A stretch of DNA of 64,000 nucleotides from Thermodesulfobacteriota bacterium (GTDB lineage Bacteria; Desulfobacterota_D; UBA1144; Nemesobacterales; UBA2774): positions 1,728,001 to 1,792,000 of the forward strand of contig OZ244991.1 of the NCBI GenBank assembly GCA_965223335.1. Reading direction: 5' to 3'. Positions 21,198-32,985 of this stretch are shown here, one piece after another. Every line of letters starts with the position of its first letter. Positions within the stretch are counted from its first letter, which is position 1. Position numbers and translations under genes: made by a program. The notes under the pieces were generated by a model. It searched no databases and had not been told where the DNA came from. It was given only the letters and a program-made list of their open reading frames with translations.

Positions 21198-23279
21198 TTG
21201 GAAAAGTCTATACCTATTGAAAAAGTAAGAAATATTGGAATTGTAGCACACATAGATGCCGGTAAGACGACTACTACCGAGAGGATACTGTACTACACGG
21301 GGCTTACCTATAAGATAGGCGAGGTCCACGAAGGCACGGCTACAATGGACTGGATGGAGCAAGAGCGTGAGAGGGGTATTACGATTACCTCTGCCACCAC
21401 GACATGCTTCTGGAACGACCACAGGGTTAATATTATCGACACACCCGGGCACGTCGACTTCACAATCGAGGTTGAGCGCTCACTTAAGGTACTTGACGGA
21501 GCGGTTGTAGTGTTTGACTCAGTGGGCGGAGTAGAGCCTCAGTCAGAGACCGTTTGGCGCCAGGCCGACCGCTACAGGGTTCCCAGGATGGCGTTTGTAA
21601 ACAAGATGGATAAGGTAGGCGCCGACTTTTCCCAGGTTGTGGACCAGATTAAAGACAGGCTTAAAGCCAACCCGATCCCCGCACAGTTGCCATGGTTTGA
21701 CGGCGATGATTTTAAGGGCATAGTGGACCTGATTAGAATGAAAATGGCTATCTGGGACGATGACTCCCTCGGATCAAAATACGAGTGGACCGATATCCCA
21801 GCTGAGTTAACTGCGGAGTGTGAAGACTTCAGAGAAAAGCTCATCGAGGCCATAGCGGATTTCGACGAAGAGATAATGGAAGCGTATCTTGAAGGACACG
21901 ATATAGATGAGCAACGCATAAAAGATGCGCTTAGAAAAGCAACAATAGACCTCAAAGTGGTACCGGTGTTTTTGGGTACTGCATTTAAAAACAAAGGTGT
22001 ACAGCTCCTGCTCGATGCCGTAGTCGAGTATATGCCGTCACCTGTTGACCTCCCATCTGTTGAGGGTGTAAATCCCAAGACTGACCATGCCGAGGCCAGG
22101 GCGCCTAAAGATGACGAGCCCTGTTCCGCTTTGGCTTTTAAGATTATGACAGACCCGTTTGTGGGCCAGCTCACTTATCTTAGGATCTACTCGGGTAAGC
22201 TGGTTGCCGGGAGCACCTACTATAACTCCACTAAAGGCAAGCGCGAGAAGATCGGCCGGCTTGTCCGAATGCACTCAAACAAACGAGAGGAGATTAAAGA
22301 GATCGGAGCAGGCGGCATCGTAGCCGCGGTCGGTCTTAAAGGCACCGTGACCGGCGACACACTCTGTGACGAAAACAATCCCATCCTTTTAGAAAGCCTC
22401 TACTTTGCAGAACCCGTAATATCAATATCAATCGAACCAAAAACCAAATCAGATCAAGAAAAACTAGGATTATCGCTTAGTAAAATATCGCTTGAAGACC
22501 CGACGTTTAAGGTCCGGCACGACGAAGAAACCGGCCAGACTCTTATTTCCGGTATGGGTGAGCTTCACCTGGAAATCATAGTGGATCGTCTCAGCAGAGA
22601 GTTCAACGTCGATGCTAATATCGGAAAACCACAGGTCGCATATCGCGAGACTATTTCAAAGAGCACGGATGCCGAGGCCAAGTTTATTCGCCAGACTGGT
22701 GGACGAGGGCAGTACGGCCACGTTAAAATAAAGATGGAGCCTCGCGGTGAGGGTGAGGGGATTGAATTTATAGACGAGATTAAAGGCGGGACTATCCCAA
22801 GGGAGTTTATACCTGCCGTTGAAAAGGGTATTATAGAGGCATCTGAGACCGGTGTAGTAGCGGGGTATCCGGTCATTGATCTTGCTGTCAGGCTTTATGA
22901 CGGGTCGTATCACGATGTAGATTCATCTGAGATCGCGTTTAAGATTGCGGCGTCTATGGCATTTAAAGACGCTGTGATGAAGGCGTCTCCGAAAATACTC
23001 GAGCCCACGATGAAGGTCGAAGTAGTGGTCCCCGAGGATTTTATGGGCACTGTTATCGGAAACCTGAGCTCGAGAAGAGGGAAGATCAGCGGGTCTGAAC
23101 TGCGTGGTGGCATGCAGGCCATTAAGGCCGAGGTGCCGCTAGCCGAGATGTTCGGTTATGCAACCGAGCTTAGATCGATGACAGAGGGCAGGGGATCGTT
23201 CACTATGGAGTTTGCCCATTACACAGTATTGCCCGAAAGTCTGAGAGAGGATATACAAACTAAGGTTAAGGCCGTTTAA
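21198..23279 (+). CDS. fusA: Elongation factor G
   Basis: [35 protein letters not shown] start after GGAGGAG. Confidence 0.99.
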   Translation: MEKSIPIEKVRNIGIVAHIDAGKTTTTERILYYTGLTYKIGEVHEGTATMDWMEQERERGITITSATTTCFWNDHRVNIIDTPGHVDFTIEVERSLKVLDGAVVVFDSVGGVEPQSETVWRQADRYRVPRMAFVNKMDKVGADFSQVVDQIKDRLKANPIPAQLPWFDGDDFKGIVDLIRMKMAIWDDDSLGSKYEWTDIPAELTAECEDFREKLIEAIADFDEEIMEAYLEGHDIDEQRIKDALRKATIDLKVVPVFLGTAFKNKGVQLLLDAVVEYMPSPVDLPSVEGVNPKTDHAEARAPKDDEPCSALAFKIMTDPFVGQLTYLRIYSGKLVAGSTYYNSTKGKREKIGRLVRMHSNKREEIKEIGAGGIVAAVGLKGTVTGDTLCDENNPILLESLYFAEPVISISIEPKTKSDQEKLGLSLSKISLEDPTFKVRHDEETGQTLISGMGELHLEIIVDRLSREFNVDANIGKPQVAYRETISKSTDAEAKFIRQTGGRGQYGHVKIKMEPRGEGEGIEFIDEIKGGTIPREFIPAVEKGIIEASETGVVAGYPVIDLAVRLYDGSYHDVDSSEIAFKIAASMAFKDAVMKASPKILEPTMKVEVVVPEDFMGTVIGNLSSRRGKISGSELRGGMQAIKAEVPLAEMFGYATELRSMTEGRGSFTMEFAHYTVLPESLREDIQTKVKAV

Positions 23280-23311
23280 TAAACACTTTTACTGCTAGGA
23301 GGTAGTAATCG

Positions 23312-24496
23312 ATGTCAAAGGAGCGATTTGAGAGAGGGAAGCCGCACCTAAACATAGGGACAGTAGGACACGTGGACCATGGTAAGACCACGTTAACCGC
23401 AGCAATAACGAAGGTACTGGAGAAAGCGGGGAGTGCAGCGTTTGTGGAGTTTGAGGACATAGACAAGGCCCCCGAAGAGAAAGAGCGCGGCATAACAATT
23501 AATATAGCCCACGTAGAGTACGAGACAGAGAACCGCCACTACGCGCACGTAGACTGCCCGGGACACGCAGACTATGTAAAGAACATGATCACCGGAGCAG
23601 CACAGATGGACGGAGCAATCCTAGTGGTAAGCGCTCCCGACGGCCCGATGCCCCAGACCCGAGAGCACATACTGCTTGCCCGTCAGGTAGGAGTGCCCTA
23701 CATAGTGGTAGCACTAAATAAAGTAGATATGATGGACGACGAAGAACTATTAGACCTGGTGGAACTAGAGGTAAGAGACCTGTTGAGCCAGTACGGGTTC
23801 CCCGGGGACGATGTGCCGGTGGTAAGGGTAAGTGCATTAAAGGCTCTTGAGGAGGACGCTGGGGCAGAGGAGCAGATACTCGAGCTTATGAAAGCAGTGG
23901 ACGAGTACGTTCCAGAGCCCGTAAGGGAGATGGACAAGCCGTTTTTGATGGCAATAGAGGATGTGTTTACGATCTCGGGAAGAGGCACAGTGGTAACGGG
24001 TAGAGTAGAGAGAGGGAAGATACTTGCAGGAGACGAGGTGGAGATAGTGGGTTTTGGCGAGACACGAAAGACCGTGGCAACGAGCCTAGAGATGTTTCGT
24101 AAGATCCTAGACGATGCTATAGCAGGAGACAATGTAGGAGTGCTTCTTAGGGGAGTAGGCAAGGACGAAGTGGAGAGGGGACAGGTATTGGCAGCCCCTG
24201 GAAGCATCACACCACACACGAAGTTTAAGGCAGAGGTATATGTGTTGAAGAAAGAAGAGGGGGGAAGGCACACGCCGTTTTTCCCTGGTTACCGCCCGCA
24301 GTTTTATTTGAGGACGACGGACGTAACAGGGAGTATAGTGCTGCCTGAGGGAGTAGAGATGGTTATGCCTGGTGACAATATCAACATGGATGTGGAGTTG
24401 ATAGCACCGGTGGCAATGGAAGAGCAGTTGAGGTTTGCGATCCGCGAGGGCGGTCGGACAGTGGGAGCAGGTGTAGTAACAAGTATAGTGGAGTAA
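23312..24496 (+). CDS. tuf: Elongation factor Tu
   Basis: [38 protein letters not shown]. Confidence 0.99.
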   Translation: MSKERFERGKPHLNIGTVGHVDHGKTTLTAAITKVLEKAGSAAFVEFEDIDKAPEEKERGITINIAHVEYETENRHYAHVDCPGHADYVKNMITGAAQMDGAILVVSAPDGPMPQTREHILLARQVGVPYIVVALNKVDMMDDEELLDLVELEVRDLLSQYGFPGDDVPVVRVSALKALEEDAGAEEQILELMKAVDEYVPEPVREMDKPFLMAIEDVFTISGRGTVVTGRVERGKILAGDEVEIVGFGETRKTVATSLEMFRKILDDAIAGDNVGVLLRGVGKDEVERGQVLAAPGSITPHTKFKAEVYVLKKEEGGRHTPFFPGYRPQFYLRTTDVTGSIVLPEGVEMVMPGDNINMDVELIAPVAMEEQLRFAIREGGRTVGAGVVTSIVE

Positions 24497-24525
24497 GGAG
24501 TTTAGTTGTTAAGGAATAATACAAT

Positions 24526-24846
24526 ATGAATCGTGCTGCTAAGATCAGGATAAAACTCAAATCATTCGACTACAGGCTTTTAGACAGGTCTGCTGTGGAG
24601 ATTGTGGATACCGCGAAGAGAACAGGAGCCAGAGTCGCTGGACCCGTGCCTCTACCAACACACATAAGCAAGTACTGTGTGCTTAGGTCCCCTCACGTTG
24701 ACAAGAACTCGAGGGAGCATTTCGAGGTAAGGACACACAAGAGGCTCGTAGACATACTTGAGCCCACACAGCAAACAATTGATGCATTGATGAAGCTTGA
24801 TCTGGCATCGGGTGTTGAGGTCGAGATCAAACTTACAGGGACTTAA
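24526..24846 (+). CDS. rpsJ: 30S ribosomal protein S10
   Basis: [23 protein letters not shown]. Confidence 0.99.
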   Translation: MNRAAKIRIKLKSFDYRLLDRSAVEIVDTAKRTGARVAGPVPLPTHISKYCVLRSPHVDKNSREHFEVRTHKRLVDILEPTQQTIDALMKLDLASGVEVEIKLTGT

Positions 24847-24851
24847 TTGCA

Positions 24852-25502
24852 ATGATCGAAGGACTTTTAGGAAAAAAGATCGGGATGACCGAGCTGTTTG
24901 AGGAAGACGGCACAGTGGTTGTGTCCACTGTCGTTAGGGTAGGGCCGTGTTACGTCATCCAGGCTAAAAACAATGATAAGGACGGCTACGCCTCACTCCA
25001 GATTGGTTTCGAGGAGATGAAGGCCCAGCGCGCGTCCAAAGCAATGCTTGGTCATTTCAAGAAAACCGGGGTGGCCCCTATGAAGCACCTTCGCGAGATA
25101 AAAGGTGGTGAGGGTGATTACAAGGCCGGCGACGAAATTAAGGTGGCCGATGTATTTAAAGAGCAAGACGAGATAGATGTAGCCGGGGTGAGCAAAGGTA
25201 AGGGTTTTTCCGGGGCCATGGAGCGCCATGGTTTCAGCGGTCAGCCCGCTTCACACGGGGGCATGGCACACCGCAGACCGGGCTCAATAGGGCAGGCGTC
25301 TTATCCCGGAAAGGTGTGGAAGGGGATAAAAATGCCGGGGCAGTTGGGCAACAAGTTGGTCACTGTCCAGGGGCTTAAGGTCGTAAGCATCGACAGCGAC
25401 AACGATATATTGATTGTAAAGGGTTCGGTCCCAGGGCCAAACGGCGGAATACTGTTTATTAAGCATACAACCAAAGGGAGTGTAGAAAGTGCCGCAGCTT
25501 GA
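24852..25502 (+). CDS. rplC: 50S ribosomal protein L3
   Basis: GKKIGMT, SKGKGF, HRRPGSIG, KGSVPG. Confidence 0.99.
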   Translation: MIEGLLGKKIGMTELFEEDGTVVVSTVVRVGPCYVIQAKNNDKDGYASLQIGFEEMKAQRASKAMLGHFKKTGVAPMKHLREIKGGEGDYKAGDEIKVADVFKEQDEIDVAGVSKGKGFSGAMERHGFSGQPASHGGMAHRRPGSIGQASYPGKVWKGIKMPGQLGNKLVTVQGLKVVSIDSDNDILIVKGSVPGPNGGILFIKHTTKGSVESAAA

Positions 25503-26112
25503 TGTTTTTGATATAGATAAAAATAAGGTGAGCACTATTGAGCTCAGCAGTGATGTGTTTGAGGCTCCTGTAAAGCAGCATCTGTTGCACCAGGCTGTAA
25601 ACTGGCAGCTAGCCAAAAAGCGCAGCGGCACAGCGTCCACCAAGACCCGAAGCGAGGTCAGAGGCGGGGGCTCAAAGCCCTGGAAGCAAAAGCACATGGG
25701 ACGCGCCCGTCACGGCAGCATCAGATCACCGCTTTGGAGAAAGGGCGGTGTAACATTCGGGCCCAAGCCCAAAGACTGGTCCCACGGCATGAACAAAAAA
25801 ACCCGCAAAGCCGCACTCAAGAGTGCCCTTGCAGTAAAGCTCAGCAACGACAACATCGTTATTATCGATGAGTTCAGCTTGCCCGAGATCAAGACCAAGC
25901 AGGTGGCCGAGTTTGCAAAGAAATTCGATTTAAAGAGTGCCGTAATTGTAATAGCGGGTGACAATGAAAACCTACAAAAATCTGCACGCAATATTAGAAG
26001 TATGAAGGTCCTTAAAGTTGACGGGCTTAATGTTTACGATCTGCTCAGGTTCAACACCCTCGTTCTTACCCAAGAGTCAGTCGCGAAAGCCGAGGAGGGT
26101 CTCAAACAATGA
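25489..26112 (+). CDS. rplD: 50S ribosomal protein L4
   Basis: GTASTKTRSEVRGGGSKPWKQK, SIRSPLWRKGG. Confidence 0.99.
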   Translation: MPQLDVFDIDKNKVSTIELSSDVFEAPVKQHLLHQAVNWQLAKKRSGTASTKTRSEVRGGGSKPWKQKHMGRARHGSIRSPLWRKGGVTFGPKPKDWSHGMNKKTRKAALKSALAVKLSNDNIVIIDEFSLPEIKTKQVAEFAKKFDLKSAVIVIAGDNENLQKSARNIRSMKVLKVDGLNVYDLLRFNTLVLTQESVAKAEEGLKQ

Positions 26113-26396
26113 AGGATCCGCGCCAGATCATAAAAGCCCCTCTCGTAACAGAGAAATCCTCGGACGTTAAGGAAAGCGGGTGGTATGTGTTCTCGGTCGA
26201 TAGATCGTCAAACAAGATCGAGATTAAGGATGCGATAGAAAAGATTTTCAATGTAAAGGTAGATAAAGTGCGCACCCTACGGACTACCGGTAAATGGGTA
26301 AAGAGGTACGGGCGTCCGGTCGGTAAGCGTCAGTCTATTAAAAAAGCGTATGTGAAGCTTAAAGAAGGTGTAATTGAAATATTTGAGGGAGTATAA
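26109..26396 (+). CDS. rplW: 50S ribosomal protein L23
   Basis: [31 protein letters not shown]. Confidence 0.98.
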   Translation: MKDPRQIIKAPLVTEKSSDVKESGWYVFSVDRSSNKIEIKDAIEKIFNVKVDKVRTLRTTGKWVKRYGRPVGKRQSIKKAYVKLKEGVIEIFEGV

Positions 26397-26407
26397 AGGA
26401 GCCAAGC

Positions 26408-27250
26408 GTGGGTATTAAGAAGTTTAAACCAAGGACACCGGGTACAAGGTTTAGGTCTGGTTCCGATTTTTCGGAGCTTACTACCAACAAGCCTCATAAA
26501 CCCCTTACCGAGCCGCTCAAAAAGACTGCGGGCAGAAACTCGCAGGGCAGGATCACGAGCTTTCAACGAGGCGGTGGTCACAAGCGTTTGTACCGCAAGA
26601 TCGACTTCAAACGCAACAAGTTTGATGTCCCTGCCAAGGTAGTGTCTATTGAGTACGACCCCAACCGCTCAGCTCGCATAGCACTGCTTAACTACTCCGA
26701 TGGTGAAAAGAGATATATCATTGCTCCCGACGGTGTTAAGGTTGGCGATTCGGTTGTTTCCGGTGAAAAAGTAGAAATCAATGTAGGCAACGCCCTGCCG
26801 ATAAAAAACATTCCCGTAGGTACTGTTATTCATAATATTGAGTTAAAACCCGGTGCAGGTGCCAAAATCATCCGTGCAGCAGGCACCTCAGCCCAGATAG
26901 TAGCCAAAGAGGGCGATTACGCACAGATAAAAATGAACTCTGGCGAGATAAGGTTGGTGCGCATAGCGTGCATGGCAACCATTGGTAAAGTCGGTAATTC
27001 CGAACACGAGCTCATCACGCTGGGCAAGGCCGGGAGAAAACGCCACATGGGACGGCGCCCCGTAGTAAGGGGTGTGGCAATGAACCCTGTGGACCACCCG
27101 CACGGGGGCGGAGAGGGCAAGGCAACCAAGGGCAACCCCCATCCAGTGTCACCGTGGGGATGGATTACGATTGGATATAAAACCAGAAGAAACAAGAGAA
27201 CCGATAAGTTCATAGTTAAAAGAAGAAGAATCGGTTATGGAATGGATTAA
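26408..27250 (+). CDS. rplB: 50S ribosomal protein L2
   Basis: [29 protein letters not shown]. Confidence 0.99.
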   Translation: MGIKKFKPRTPGTRFRSGSDFSELTTNKPHKPLTEPLKKTAGRNSQGRITSFQRGGGHKRLYRKIDFKRNKFDVPAKVVSIEYDPNRSARIALLNYSDGEKRYIIAPDGVKVGDSVVSGEKVEINVGNALPIKNIPVGTVIHNIELKPGAGAKIIRAAGTSAQIVAKEGDYAQIKMNSGEIRLVRIACMATIGKVGNSEHELITLGKAGRKRHMGRRPVVRGVAMNPVDHPHGGGEGKATKGNPHPVSPWGWITIGYKTRRNKRTDKFIVKRRRIGYGMD

Positions 27251-27261
27251 GGAGTATATAT

Positions 27262-27549
27262 ATGCCTAGGTCGAGCAAAAAGGGACCGTATGTAGACGAA
27301 AAACTTGCCAAAAAAGTAGAGGCCGAAAAGTCCTCGGGCCAGCCGCGTATCATAAAGACCTGGTCGCGGGCGTCTATGGTAGTGCCCGATATGATAGGGC
27401 TTACTTTTGCGGTACATAACGGTAAAAAGTTCATACCCGTATACGTTACGGAACATATGGTCGGCCACAAATTGGGCGAGTTTGCTCCCACCCGCACATT
27501 CAGCAGTCATGCGGGCGGGGATAAAAGATCCAAGATGGGCAAGAGATAG
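27262..27549 (+). CDS. rpsS: 30S ribosomal protein S19
   Basis: [20 protein letters not shown]. Confidence 0.99.
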   Translation: MPRSSKKGPYVDEKLAKKVEAEKSSGQPRIIKTWSRASMVVPDMIGLTFAVHNGKKFIPVYVTEHMVGHKLGEFAPTRTFSSHAGGDKRSKMGKR

Positions 27550-27572
27550 GATTAACAGGTAATAGGTGAAAA

Positions 27573-27911
27573 ATGGTCTCACTAGCACGTCAGAAATACT
27601 TTAGAGCATCGCCCAAAAAAGTAGGGCCTGTTCTCGACTTGATAAGGGGTAGTAGTGTAGAGGGTGCGTTTGCAGTCCTCACATCTCTTAGGAAACGTTC
27701 TGCCCCCGCGATTGCTAAAATACTCAAATCCGCAGTGGCCAACGCGGCAGAAAAAGGGCATTCGGACACAGAATCACTATACATAAAAGAGGCTTATGCC
27801 AACAAAGGACCTGTTTTAAAAAGAATAAGACCGAGGGCTATGGGAAGGGCAACATCACGCAAAAGGCGTATGAGCCACATCACTATAGTGCTCGAAGAGA
27901 GGGGGCTATAA
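27573..27911 (+). CDS. rplV: 50S ribosomal protein L22
   Basis: [20 protein letters not shown]. Confidence 0.98.
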   Translation: MVSLARQKYFRASPKKVGPVLDLIRGSSVEGAFAVLTSLRKRSAPAIAKILKSAVANAAEKGHSDTESLYIKEAYANKGPVLKRIRPRAMGRATSRKRRMSHITIVLEERGL

Positions 27912-27912
27912 A

Positions 27913-28566
27913 TTGGGACAGAAAGTATGCCCTATAGGGCTTCGTCTCGGTATCACTAAGACTTGGGACTCCAAATGGTTTGCCGAGAAAGATAGATACA
28001 CAAAACTGCTTCACGAAGACATTCAGATTCGAAATCTTATTAAAAAGCAGTTCTACCAAGCTGCTATCTCGCGTATTGAGATAGAGAGGGCGGCCTCTGA
28101 TAAGGTCAGAGTGGTGATTAACTCTGCCCGACCGGGGATGATTATTGGCAGGAAAGGCCAAGAGATTGAGGCCCTAAGAAAGAAACTGGCAACAATGACA
28201 AATAAAGATATTTTCCTCGATATCAGAGAGGTAAAAAGGCCCGAGATAGATGCCCAACTCGTAGCTGAGAACGTTGCGCTCCAGATTGTACGGAGGGTAG
28301 CTTACCGTCGTGCTATGAAACGCGCCATAGCCTCTTCGCTTAGGTTAGGGGCATTGGGTATAAAGATAATGGTGTCGGGTAGGCTGGGCGGGGCCGAGAT
28401 TGCCAGAAAAGAGTGGTACAGAGAGGGCAGAGTGCCTCTAACAACACTTCGCGCCGATATCGATTACGGTTTGGCCGAGGCAAAGACCACATATGGAATA
28501 ATAGGAGTAAAGGTCTGGATTTTTAAGGGAGAGGTTATAGAAAAGAAGACCAAACAGGCTGTATAA
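27913..28566 (+). CDS. rpsC: 30S ribosomal protein S3
   Basis: [32 protein letters not shown]. Confidence 0.99.
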   Translation: MGQKVCPIGLRLGITKTWDSKWFAEKDRYTKLLHEDIQIRNLIKKQFYQAAISRIEIERAASDKVRVVINSARPGMIIGRKGQEIEALRKKLATMTNKDIFLDIREVKRPEIDAQLVAENVALQIVRRVAYRRAMKRAIASSLRLGALGIKIMVSGRLGGAEIARKEWYREGRVPLTTLRADIDYGLAEAKTTYGIIGVKVWIFKGEVIEKKTKQAV

Positions 28567-28578
28567 CGGTGAATAATT

Positions 28579-28998
28579 ATGCTGCAACCCTCAAGAACTA
28601 AATATAGAAAACTACATAAGGGAAGGATAAGAGGACGCGCAACCAAGGGTGCATCCCTTGCGTTCGGAGAGATGGGTCTTCAAGCCATGGAGTGCGGCAA
28701 GCTCACCTCACGCCAAATCGAGGCGGCCAGGATTGCTATTACTCGACATGTGAAACGCGGAGCTAAACTCTGGATCCGAGTGTTTCCTCACAAGGCTATC
28801 ACAAAGAAACCTGCCGAGACCCGGATGGGTAAGGGTAAAGGTGATGTAGACAGTTACGTGGCACCGATTAAAAAAGGCACTATGATCTACGAAATAAGCG
28901 GGCTTTCACTAGAGCTTGCGAAAGAGGCATTTAGGCTGGCTGCTCACAAGCTCCCTGTCAAGACCAGGGTAGTAACTAGAGATAGGGGAGTATTGTAG
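28579..28998 (+). CDS. rplP: 50S ribosomal protein L16
   Basis: [23 protein letters not shown]. Confidence 0.99.
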   Translation: MLQPSRTKYRKLHKGRIRGRATKGASLAFGEMGLQAMECGKLTSRQIEAARIAITRHVKRGAKLWIRVFPHKAITKKPAETRMGKGKGDVDSYVAPIKKGTMIYEISGLSLELAKEAFRLAAHKLPVKTRVVTRDRGVL

Positions 28999-29000
28999 AG

Positions 29001-29204
29001 ATGAAAGCAAGTGATATAAGGGGTTTAAGCCCCGAAGATCTTGAAACCAGAGAGAACGAAATCAGAGATGAACTATTCAATCTCAAGCTCCAGGTTGTCA
29101 CACAGCAGACCACCAATGTATCGCGTCTCAAGCTGCTAAGGCGAGACCTGGCAAGGGTACTCACGGTAAAAAAAGAAAAGGAGCTCGAACCCAAGGGAGA
29201 TTAA
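29001..29204 (+). CDS. rpmC: 50S ribosomal protein L29
   Basis: ELFNLK, RRDLARVLTV; canonical position. Confidence 0.96.
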   Translation: MKASDIRGLSPEDLETRENEIRDELFNLKLQVVTQQTTNVSRLKLLRRDLARVLTVKKEKELEPKGD

Positions 29205-29210
29205 CGCATC

Positions 29211-29510
29211 ATGGCCAGAGGTAAAATACAATCAAGAATCGGTGTAGTTGTGGGCAACAAGATGGATAAAACCGTCATTGTTGATGTAATCCGCACAAAA
29301 AAGCACCCTAGATACAATAAACCGATAAAGCTCAATTCTAAATTTAAGGCTCATGATGAATCAGGGGAATGCAAAGTGGGAGACAAGGTCATAATAGTAG
29401 GCTCGCGACCCTATAGCAAAACTAAGAGGTGGAGAGTAACAAAGGTAATTGAGCAGAGCAAATTAATTGAAGACGAGTTGTCTCCCGAAGCCGAACAAGG
29501 AGGAGTGTAG
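29211..29510 (+). CDS. rpsQ: 30S ribosomal protein S17
   Basis: KMDKTVIV, HPRY, AHDE, SKTKRW. Confidence 0.98.
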   Translation: MARGKIQSRIGVVVGNKMDKTVIVDVIRTKKHPRYNKPIKLNSKFKAHDESGECKVGDKVIIVGSRPYSKTKRWRVTKVIEQSKLIEDELSPEAEQGGV

Positions 29511-29513
29511 AAG

Positions 29514-29882
29514 GTGATTCAATCAACTAGCTATCTTGATTCGGCCGATAACACAGGAGCAAAGAGACTTTACTGCATTAAAGTACTCGGGGGCTCCGGT
29601 CGTAAATACGCAAGACTGGGCGACATAGTAGTAGTCTCTATAAAAGAGGCCATACCGAATGCCAAGGTTGATAAAGGTGCGGTACACAAAGCTGTTATAG
29701 TGAGAACACGCAAAGAACAGAGAAGGACCGACGGTTCCTACGTCAGGTTCGATAACAACGCAGCAGTGCTTATTACTAAAGAGAACGAACCCATGGGTAC
29801 AAGGGTGTTCGGCCCTATAGCCAGGGAACTCCGTGTAAAGGGGTTTATGAAAATTATATCGTTAGCACCGGAGGTTGTGTAA
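29514..29882 (+). CDS. rplN: 50S ribosomal protein L14
   Basis: ADNTGAK, FDNNAAV, GTRVFGP, SLAPEV. Confidence 0.99.
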   Translation: MIQSTSYLDSADNTGAKRLYCIKVLGGSGRKYARLGDIVVVSIKEAIPNAKVDKGAVHKAVIVRTRKEQRRTDGSYVRFDNNAAVLITKENEPMGTRVFGPIARELRVKGFMKIISLAPEVV

Positions 29883-29883
29883 A

Positions 29884-30240
29884 TTGGCTAGTACTAAATC
29901 TTCTCAAACCCAAGGTGCACGCAAGCGGGGTCGAATAAAAGTGGGCGACACTGTTTATGTTACGGCCGGTAAGGAAAAGGGAAAGACCGGCAAGGTAATC
30001 AAGATCGAGCACGGCAAGCAAAGGGCTTTGGTCGAGAAGCTAAACATAGTGAAGCGCCACTCCAAACCCACACAGCAAAACCCCACTGGCGGAATAGCCG
30101 AGAAAGAGGCACCAATACATATCTCCAATCTCATGTTCTATGATGAGAGCGAGAGTGCCCCCTCAAGGGTCGGGTTTAAGGTGCTAAATGGTGGGGAAAA
30201 AGTTAGAATCAGCAAAAAAAGCGGAGAGGAGATTAAGTAG
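29884..30240 (+). CDS. rplX: 50S ribosomal protein L24
   Basis: KOW motif IKVGDTVYVTAGKEKGKTGKV, EAPIHISN; TTG start just after the rplN stop (track start 29875). Confidence 0.97.
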   Translation: MASTKSSQTQGARKRGRIKVGDTVYVTAGKEKGKTGKVIKIEHGKQRALVEKLNIVKRHSKPTQQNPTGGIAEKEAPIHISNLMFYDESESAPSRVGFKVLNGGEKVRISKKSGEEIK

Positions 30241-30795
30241 ATGAGTCCTCGCTTAAAAGAAGAATATAGAGAAAAATTGGCTCCTGCACTCAAAGATAAG
30301 TTCGAGTATAAAAACGCTATGCAGGTGCCCCGATTGGAAAAGGTAGTGATTAATATGGGGCTTGGGAGGCTAAGCGATGCAGGAAGGGATACAAAAATAG
30401 TCGATCAGGCTGCCGAGGAACTGGCACAGATTACCGGTCAAAAACCTGTGGTTACAATAGCCAGGAAGTCCATAGCGGGTTTTAAACTGAGAGAGGGTGT
30501 GCCCATAGGGTGCAGAGTCACACTCCGGGGCGATATTATGTATGAGTTTATGGATAGGTTAATTAACCTCGCACTCCCCCGTGTAAGGGATTTCAGGGGT
30601 GTTAAAACCGGTGCCTTTGACGGCAGGGGTAACTATACCCTCGGTGTTAAAGAGCAGATTATCTTTCCTGAGATCGACTACAGCAAGGTCCAGGTTGTAA
30701 AGGGCATGAATATAACAATAAACACGACAGCCAATACGGATGACGAGGCCAGAGGGCTTTTGGAAGAGTTTGGAATGCCGTTTGCAAAAAACTAG
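30241..30795 (+). CDS. rplE: 50S ribosomal protein L5
   Basis: [30 protein letters not shown]. Confidence 0.99.
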   Translation: MSPRLKEEYREKLAPALKDKFEYKNAMQVPRLEKVVINMGLGRLSDAGRDTKIVDQAAEELAQITGQKPVVTIARKSIAGFKLREGVPIGCRVTLRGDIMYEFMDRLINLALPRVRDFRGVKTGAFDGRGNYTLGVKEQIIFPEIDYSKVQVVKGMNITINTTANTDDEARGLLEEFGMPFAKN

Positions 30796-30806
30796 TGAGG
30801 TATTAA

Positions 30807-30992
30807 ATGACGCGTAAATCACTGCTCGAGAAGTCTAAGAGAGAGCCAAAGTTCAAGGTCAGGGCCGGCAACAGGTGTCCGCTTTGCGGAAGACCTCGCG
30901 GGTTTATGCGCAGGTTCAACATGTGCAGACTATGTTTTAGAGACTTGGCTAGTTTTGGGCGTATCCCGGGTGTAAGAAAATCTAGTTGGTAA
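30807..30992 (+). CDS. rpsN: 30S ribosomal protein S14, short zinc-binding (type Z) form
   Basis: 61 aa, CPLC...[12 protein letters not shown]. Confidence 0.98.
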   Translation: MTRKSLLEKSKREPKFKVRAGNRCPLCGRPRGFMRRFNMCRLCFRDLASFGRIPGVRKSSW

Positions 30993-31040
30993 GATTTTTA
31001 GAATAAATTGGTAAAACTAATAAATAAGGGGTATGTGTAA

Positions 31041-31439
31041 ATGACCGATCCTCTTTCGGATATGTTAACAAGAATTAGAAATGCAATAATAGCTGGGCAC
31101 AAGACCGTGTCTATTCCTACTTCTAAACTAAAGACCGAGATTGCAAGAATACTTAGGGAAGAGGGTTATATAAGCGACTACCGTAGTGCGACTGACAGTG
31201 CGACCCAAAGGGAAGTGATCACAGTGAGCATCGCCTACACACCCGAGGGAGAAAGTGTCATCCAAGAGCTCAAGAGATTAAGCAAACCGAGCAACAGGCT
31301 CTATGTGAATAAAAACGAGATACCTAGGATTAAGGGTGGACTGGGTGTATGCATACTGTCCACATCTAAAGGGATTATGACGGGCTCCGCAGCCAGACAG
31401 CAGGGCATAGGCGGCGAGCTCATATGTTCTGTATTATGA
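31041..31439 (+). CDS. rpsH: 30S ribosomal protein S8
   Basis: DPLSDMLTRIRNA, STSKG, GGELIC. Confidence 0.99.
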   Translation: MTDPLSDMLTRIRNAIIAGHKTVSIPTSKLKTEIARILREEGYISDYRSATDSATQREVITVSIAYTPEGESVIQELKRLSKPSNRLYVNKNEIPRIKGGLGVCILSTSKGIMTGSAARQQGIGGELICSVL

Positions 31440-31449
31440 GGATTTTATA

Positions 31450-32010
31450 ATGTCTAGAATTGGTAGAAAACCTATAAAGGTTGAAGACGGAGTAAAGGTT
31501 AATATTAAAAACGGAGCCATAGAAGTAGAGGGCTCAAAGGGCAAGTTGTCCACACCGATACCCGAGGGTATAGAGGTTCGGGTTGAGGACACAAACATAG
31601 TGGTCAAAAGAAACAGTGAAGAGAAGAGGTTTAAAGCGCTCCATGGGCTTACCCGGTCGCTGGTTGCAAACATGGTTACGGGTGTAAGCAGCGGTTTTAC
31701 ACGCACGCTCGACATAGTGGGTGTGGGTTACAGGGCAGAGGCCCAGGGCAAAAATGGCCTTAAGCTTAACCTCGGGTACTCAAACCCCATTGACTACACA
31801 CTGCCCGACGGGGTAGCGGCCCAGATTGAAGAAAGAGGCACAAAAATCATACTAAGCGGTATCGATAAGCAAATTGTGGGCGAAGCAGCTGCGCGTATCA
31901 GAAAGTTGAGACCACCCGACTCCTATAAGGGCAAAGGGGTCAGGTATTCGGACGAGTCGCTCAGACTCAAACCCGGAAAGGCCGGGGCTGCTGCTAAGAC
32001 CGGAGGCTAA
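31450..32010 (+). CDS. rplF: 50S ribosomal protein L6
   Basis: MSRIGRKPI, GVGYRA, PDSYKGKGVRY. Confidence 0.99.
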   Translation: MSRIGRKPIKVEDGVKVNIKNGAIEVEGSKGKLSTPIPEGIEVRVEDTNIVVKRNSEEKRFKALHGLTRSLVANMVTGVSSGFTRTLDIVGVGYRAEAQGKNGLKLNLGYSNPIDYTLPDGVAAQIEERGTKIILSGIDKQIVGEAAARIRKLRPPDSYKGKGVRYSDESLRLKPGKAGAAAKTGG

Positions 32011-32016
32011 ACAGCT

Positions 32017-32388
32017 ATGAAAGCAACAAGCTCGAAAGCAAGGCGTCAAATTAGACATAAAAGGGTTCGCAGAAAGCTAGAGGGCACTGCCGAAACCCCA
32101 AGGATGGCTGTGTTTAAATCCGCAAAGCACATCTATGTTCAGCTTATAGACGATTCTACTATGAACACGCTCCTATCGGCCTCTTCACTCACGCCCAAGG
32201 TCATAGAGACAATCGGGAAAGACAAGATTAAAAAATCAGAGATCGCAAAAACCGTTGGTCAGTATATAGGAGAGCTTGCGGTCGCACAGGGTATAAAGAC
32301 GGTACGATTCGACAGGGGTGGCAGTCCGTTTCACGGCAGGGTTAAGTCGCTTGCGGATGGTGCCAGGGAAGCGGGGCTTAAATTCTAG
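32017..32388 (+). CDS. rplR: 50S ribosomal protein L18
   Basis: HIYVQLIDD, FDRGG, AREAGLKF. Confidence 0.98.
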   Translation: MKATSSKARRQIRHKRVRRKLEGTAETPRMAVFKSAKHIYVQLIDDSTMNTLLSASSLTPKVIETIGKDKIKKSEIAKTVGQYIGELAVAQGIKTVRFDRGGSPFHGRVKSLADGAREAGLKF

Positions 32389-32427
32389 AGCATTTATAAT
32401 GCTAGGCAGTAGGTTAAGGAGGCACTT

Positions 32428-32955
32428 TTGCAGAAAGAAAAGATCGATCCCAATGAGCTCGAATTAAAAGAAAAGGTAGTCCACATTCGTAGGGTTGCCA
32501 AGGTTACAAAGGGTGGAAAAAGGTTCCACTTCACCGCGTTGGCCGTGGTGGGCAACGAAGACGGTGTCATAGGTTCAGGGCTTGGGAAATCAAATGAAGT
32601 GCCCGATGCTATACGTAAGGCCATAGACAAAGCAAAAAAGAGTTTGATCAGGGTGTCGCGCCAGGGCAGTACCATACCGCACGAGATAGTGGGTGTGCAT
32701 GTGTCTAGCAACGTAATGCTAAAGCCTGCATCGCCTGGTACCGGTGTTATAGCGGGCGGGGCTGTGCGAGCGGTCATAGAGCTCGCCGGGATACACGATG
32801 TGTTGTCCAAGGTGGTGGGTTCCACCAATCCGCTAAACGTTGTAATGGCTGCTATAAACGGGCTTGATTCACTTAGGATGCCCGAGGAAGTTGCAAAAAT
32901 TAGAGGCAAAGAACTAAGTGAGCTGGATTTACCGAAATCGGTGCTTAACTTATAA
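32428..32955 (+). CDS. rpsE: 30S ribosomal protein S5
   Basis: RVAKVTKGGKRF, GTGVIAGG, GSTNP. Confidence 0.99.
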   Translation: MQKEKIDPNELELKEKVVHIRRVAKVTKGGKRFHFTALAVVGNEDGVIGSGLGKSNEVPDAIRKAIDKAKKSLIRVSRQGSTIPHEIVGVHVSSNVMLKPASPGTGVIAGGAVRAVIELAGIHDVLSKVVGSTNPLNVVMAAINGLDSLRMPEEVAKIRGKELSELDLPKSVLNL

Positions 32956-32985
32956 ATAATAGGAATTTATAAAAGGTGAAAAAAA

